A DNA stretch of 11,937 nucleotides from Candidatus Hydrogenedentota bacterium (GTDB taxonomy: Bacteria > Hydrogenedentota > Hydrogenedentia > Hydrogenedentales > SLHB01), in contig JAWXCN010000169.1 of NCBI GenBank assembly GCA_034408725.1, positions 1 to 11,937 on the forward strand, given 5' to 3'. Below are positions 9,116-11,937 of the stretch, one piece after another; position 1 is the stretch's first letter; each line of letters opens with the position of its first letter. Under the pieces are notes generated by a model that worked only from the letters and a program-made list of their open reading frames with translations, made no database searches and was not told the origin of the DNA. Made by a program: the position numbers and the translations under genes.

Positions 9116-9148
9116 TTCTTCGAGGCTTGTACAGGCTGGGCACCCGCT

Positions 9149-10567
9149 CTATTTGGCGTCCAATTCGCTCAGAGCAAAGTCCACGTCCTCTTCTGCGCTC
9201 ATTGCGTCGCTACTACTCCACGCTATCGTGGGATACAATGACCGCAACGCATCAATGATTCCTGCGATGGATACACGGGTGATTTCCTGAGTAATCTGCA
9301 GGGGGCCGCCCGGATACTCTATATCCACACCTTTCCTGTCGCCATCTTCGTGAATTCGAAAACTTGTCACACTGGAGATCGGAATGCGTCGCGTGATTTT
9401 CCGTCGATGCAATTCGATTTCGTCCTTCGTGAACACGTACCGTCGTCGCCGGTCGAACCAAATACCAAGACTGATTGTGATGGTCAGCGCTGCCACCCCG
9501 AGTAGCTTCGACCATTCTGCCCATGTGTATTCCAAGGGACCTTTCTCGTAAACGGCGAATACGTAACCGCAGGTGGCCCCAATAAAAAGTATGAGCATTA
9601 CAATGCACATTCGCACCACACCCCAACTGGACAATTGCAACTCCCACGGGAATGCGTGTTTGGGCCAAATATCCGGCTTGCATCTAGCTTTGAAAACTCG
9701 CTCGACCAGATCAAATCCTACAAGTGAATCGTAAACGTAGATGGTGTCTTGGCTGGACATGATGCCGAGCGCGCGCTGAGAGTAACGTTTGACGTGACTG
9801 CATTGGCGAACGTCCCGGTATGCGATTCGCTCATGTCCAAAAAGCGACTCGCGCACTATACCATCGTACTCTAGGCGAATCCGGGTTCCCGCAAATCGTG
9901 AGAGCGACCCCGCTGTATTGGAAAGCATAGCCTCGGCTGCATGTGCCAATAGATTTCCTGCAAATGAGCCGACCGCGCCCCCCACCATCGATAATACGAA
10001 ACTGATTGCGCTGCTTACGCCGATACTGGAGTTTTGGGTTGCTTGCGCTGGAGTGCCGTAACGAAGCGTCAGTCCCTTCTTGAGCAGCGTATCCAAATAC
10101 TTTGTGTCGAAGCCGGCGACATCGTTAGAGTTCATTTGTTCACGGAGAAACGCGACAAGCTCCGAAAAGTTGACGAGCGACGCCGGAAGCGTTACGGAAG
10201 ATGTGGAGTCGACTCGGGTAAATGTCGCCTCTTTGACGATATTCGATTCTGCTTTCGTGGTCAGGCGACACATGGCATACGGGAATACACGCACGATCGG
10301 GCGAATACTTTTTCGAAGAAGCCAGTCCGGCCGGACCTCGATCAGATGTTTGGGATCAGTAACGATCCGGCGGCGTGCGACCAGCATGGCTTGCCAAGCA
10401 AAGCAGAATAGAAGCGCGGCAACGCCTGCGCCGGCCGCGAAGTACCATCGCGAATAGAAAAAGAACAGGACGAGGCACGTGAGTAGCGCGGTCAAAGCAA
10501 GTACAACACCGAGGTTCGCTGTGTATCGCGCACGCTTACTAGAGCTGAATTCGCGAGGTATCGTCAT
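9149..10567 (-). CDS. Uncharacterised membrane protein, apparently three tandem [hydrophobic hairpin + bacterial PH-like domain] units (~472 aa)
   Basis: Long ORF filling the space between the cox operon and the DUF1501 gene, with ordered TM segments and internally similar beta-rich domains. The start is uncertain: ATG 10567 (GGCGGA upstream) is preferred over ATG 10597 or TTG 10669. Confidence 0.75.
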   Translation of the reverse strand: MTIPREFSSSKRARYTANLGVVLALTALLTCLVLFFFYSRWYFAAGAGVAALLFCFAWQAMLVARRRIVTDPKHLIEVRPDWLLRKSIRPIVRVFPYAMCRLTTKAESNIVKEATFTRVDSTSSVTLPASLVNFSELVAFLREQMNSNDVAGFDTKYLDTLLKKGLTLRYGTPAQATQNSSIGVSSAISFVLSMVGGAVGSFAGNLLAHAAEAMLSNTAGSLSRFAGTRIRLEYDGIVRESLFGHERIAYRDVRQCSHVKRYSQRALGIMSSQDTIYVYDSLVGFDLVERVFKARCKPDIWPKHAFPWELQLSSWGVVRMCIVMLILFIGATCGYVFAVYEKGPLEYTWAEWSKLLGVAALTITISLGIWFDRRRRYVFTKDEIELHRRKITRRIPISSVTSFRIHEDGDRKGVDIEYPGGPLQITQEITRVSIAGIIDALRSLYPTIAWSSSDAMSAEEDVDFALSELDAK

Positions 10568-10600
10568 CGGATTTGGTTTCCGCCAGTCAAATGTCATCGC

Positions 10601-10606
10601 ACTATA
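10601..10606 (-). promoter_or_regulatory. Possible sigma70 -10 element (TATAGT) for the minus-strand membrane protein gene
   Basis: TATAGT on the minus strand, 33 nt upstream of ATG 10567. The -35 candidate at 17-nt spacing (GTGTAA) is weak. Confidence 0.3.
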
Positions 10607-10673
10607 GAGGCTAAAAATCCGAATTACACCTGTTTTGCCGGAACCAATATCTCGGCTAAAGCGGTTCAACGTC

Positions 10674-10684
10674 TGTGTTATACT
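10674..10684 (+). promoter_or_regulatory. Probable extended -10 promoter (TGTGtTATACT) for the DUF1501 gene
   Basis: TGTGTTATACT matches TRTGnTATAAT with one mismatch. It sits in an AT-rich divergent intergenic region, 41 nt upstream of ATG 10726. Confidence 0.55.
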
Positions 10685-10725
10685 CGTTATGTTACGCTAT
10701 AAGCTGTTAGATGCGAGAAAATGCC

Positions 10726-11937
10726 ATGAATCCACTACGCGATACAGAACACCTAATCACGCGGCGGCACTTCTTCGACCGGTGTAGTTGCGGGATTGGC
10801 CTGGCGGCGCTTACGTCGCTATTGAATCCTTCGACCTTTGCCGCAGTCGCAGAAGCCGCGACTGCGGGCGGCGTGATGCCAGGCCCACACTTCGCGCCGA
10901 AGGCGAAACGGATAATTTACCTGTTCATGTCTGGTGGTCCCTCGCAACTCGATCTTTTTGATTACAAACCGCACTTGGAAACGGTGCATGGCACGGACCT
11001 TCCGGAAAGCGTGCGTATGGGCCAGCGCCTGACCACGATGACCTCCGGTCAGGCGAAGTTTCCAATGGCCGCTCCCATGTTCAAGTTCGCGCAACGCGGC
11101 CAGTCGGGCGCGTGGATCAGCGAACTGCTCCCCCACGTTTCCTCTATCGCCGATGACCTGTGCTTTATCAAGACGGTGAACACCGAAGCCATCAACCACG
11201 ATCCGGCCATCACCTATATCCAGACTGGTAGCCAACAACCGGGACGCCCGAGTCTTGGCGCATGGTTGAGCTATGGACTCGGCAGCGAAAATGCAGACCT
11301 GCCCGGCTTCATTGTAATGACTTCGCGATCAGATATGGTTCGGCCCGCGCAGGCATTGTTTGATCGGCTCTGGGGAGCAGGATTTCTGCCATCGGAATAC
11401 CAAGGCGTAAAATTCCGTTCGGGCGGCGATCCGGTGCTGTACCTCTCGAACCCGCCGGGGATCGATTCGGAAACACGCAGGCGCATGCTTGACGGGATAG
11501 CTGAACTAAACCAGAAACAGCTTGCGGCATACCAGGACCCGGAAATCGACACCCGCATCGCGCAATACGAAATGGCGTACCGCATGCAGACATCCGTACC
11601 GGAACTGAGCGACCTCGCGAATGAGCCGGAAAGCACTTTTGCGCTATACGGCGAGCAGGCGCGCAAACCAGGCACCTACGCCTATAACTGTCTTATGGCG
11701 CGCCGGCTTGCCGAGCGTGGCGTGCGGTTCATCCAACTCTTCCACCGCGACTGGGACCAGCACGGCAACCTGCCCAAAGACATTACCCTGAACTGCGGCG
11801 ACGTTGATCAACCCACCGCGGGCCTCATCTCAGATCTCAAGAATCGTGGCATGCTCGACGACACCATCGTCATCTGGGGCGGCGAATTCGGCAGAACGGT
11901 ATACTGCCAGGGCGAGCTTCAACCCAAGAACTATGGC
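10726..11937 (+). CDS. DUF1501-family protein with twin-arginine (Tat) signal; partial, runs off the window
   Basis: Absent from the ORF track because it has no stop in the window. Open for 404 codons: [29 protein letters not shown]...[28 protein letters not shown]...AINHDPA...[23 protein letters not shown]...YEMAYRMQ...[26 protein letters not shown]...[21 protein letters not shown], all typical DUF1501 motifs. Alternative in-frame ATG at 10711. Confidence 0.93.
   Translation, partial: MNPLRDTEHLITRRHFFDRCSCGIGLAALTSLLNPSTFAAVAEAATAGGVMPGPHFAPKAKRIIYLFMSGGPSQLDLFDYKPHLETVHGTDLPESVRMGQRLTTMTSGQAKFPMAAPMFKFAQRGQSGAWISELLPHVSSIADDLCFIKTVNTEAINHDPAITYIQTGSQQPGRPSLGAWLSYGLGSENADLPGFIVMTSRSDMVRPAQALFDRLWGAGFLPSEYQGVKFRSGGDPVLYLSNPPGIDSETRRRMLDGIAELNQKQLAAYQDPEIDTRIAQYEMAYRMQTSVPELSDLANEPESTFALYGEQARKPGTYAYNCLMARRLAERGVRFIQLFHRDWDQHGNLPKDITLNCGDVDQPTAGLISDLKNRGMLDDTIVIWGGEFGRTVYCQGELQPKNYG

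Noticed and set aside
9125..9146. GCTTGTACAGGC and GGGCACCC near-palindromes after coxD as a terminator
   Set aside because: No adequate loop or stem length and no U-tract on either strand.
9149..10669. Horizontal acquisition or mobile element around the minus-strand gene
   Set aside because: Any GC dip looks slight by eye; no terminal repeats, target duplications, integrase, transposase or tRNA were seen.
1..11937. CRISPR arrays, tRNA/rRNA genes, defence or toxin-antitoxin modules
   Set aside because: No regularly spaced repeats or RNA-gene signatures; nearly all sequence is accounted for by protein-coding genes.

Overview
Bacterial window of moderately high GC. Most of it (1-9115, + strand) is one tightly coupled respiratory operon: the 3' end of actB, then actC-actD-actE-actF-actG(-like), which encode Alternative Complex III (ACIII, quinol:cytochrome c oxidoreductase). 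These are followed by a Sco/SenC copper chaperone and coxB-coxA-coxC-coxD, encoding a caa3-type, subfamily A2 heme-copper oxidase. This is an established ACIII-caa3 architecture, not a new system. Next comes a convergent minus-strand gene for an uncharacterised membrane protein that appears to be built of three tandem [hydrophobic hairpin + bacterial PH-like domain] units; this is the least explained element here. After an AT-rich divergent promoter region, a Tat-exported DUF1501-family gene starts at 10726 and runs off the window; the ORF track missed it. No RNA genes, mobile elements or CRISPR arrays were seen. All family assignments come from motif recognition, not database searches.
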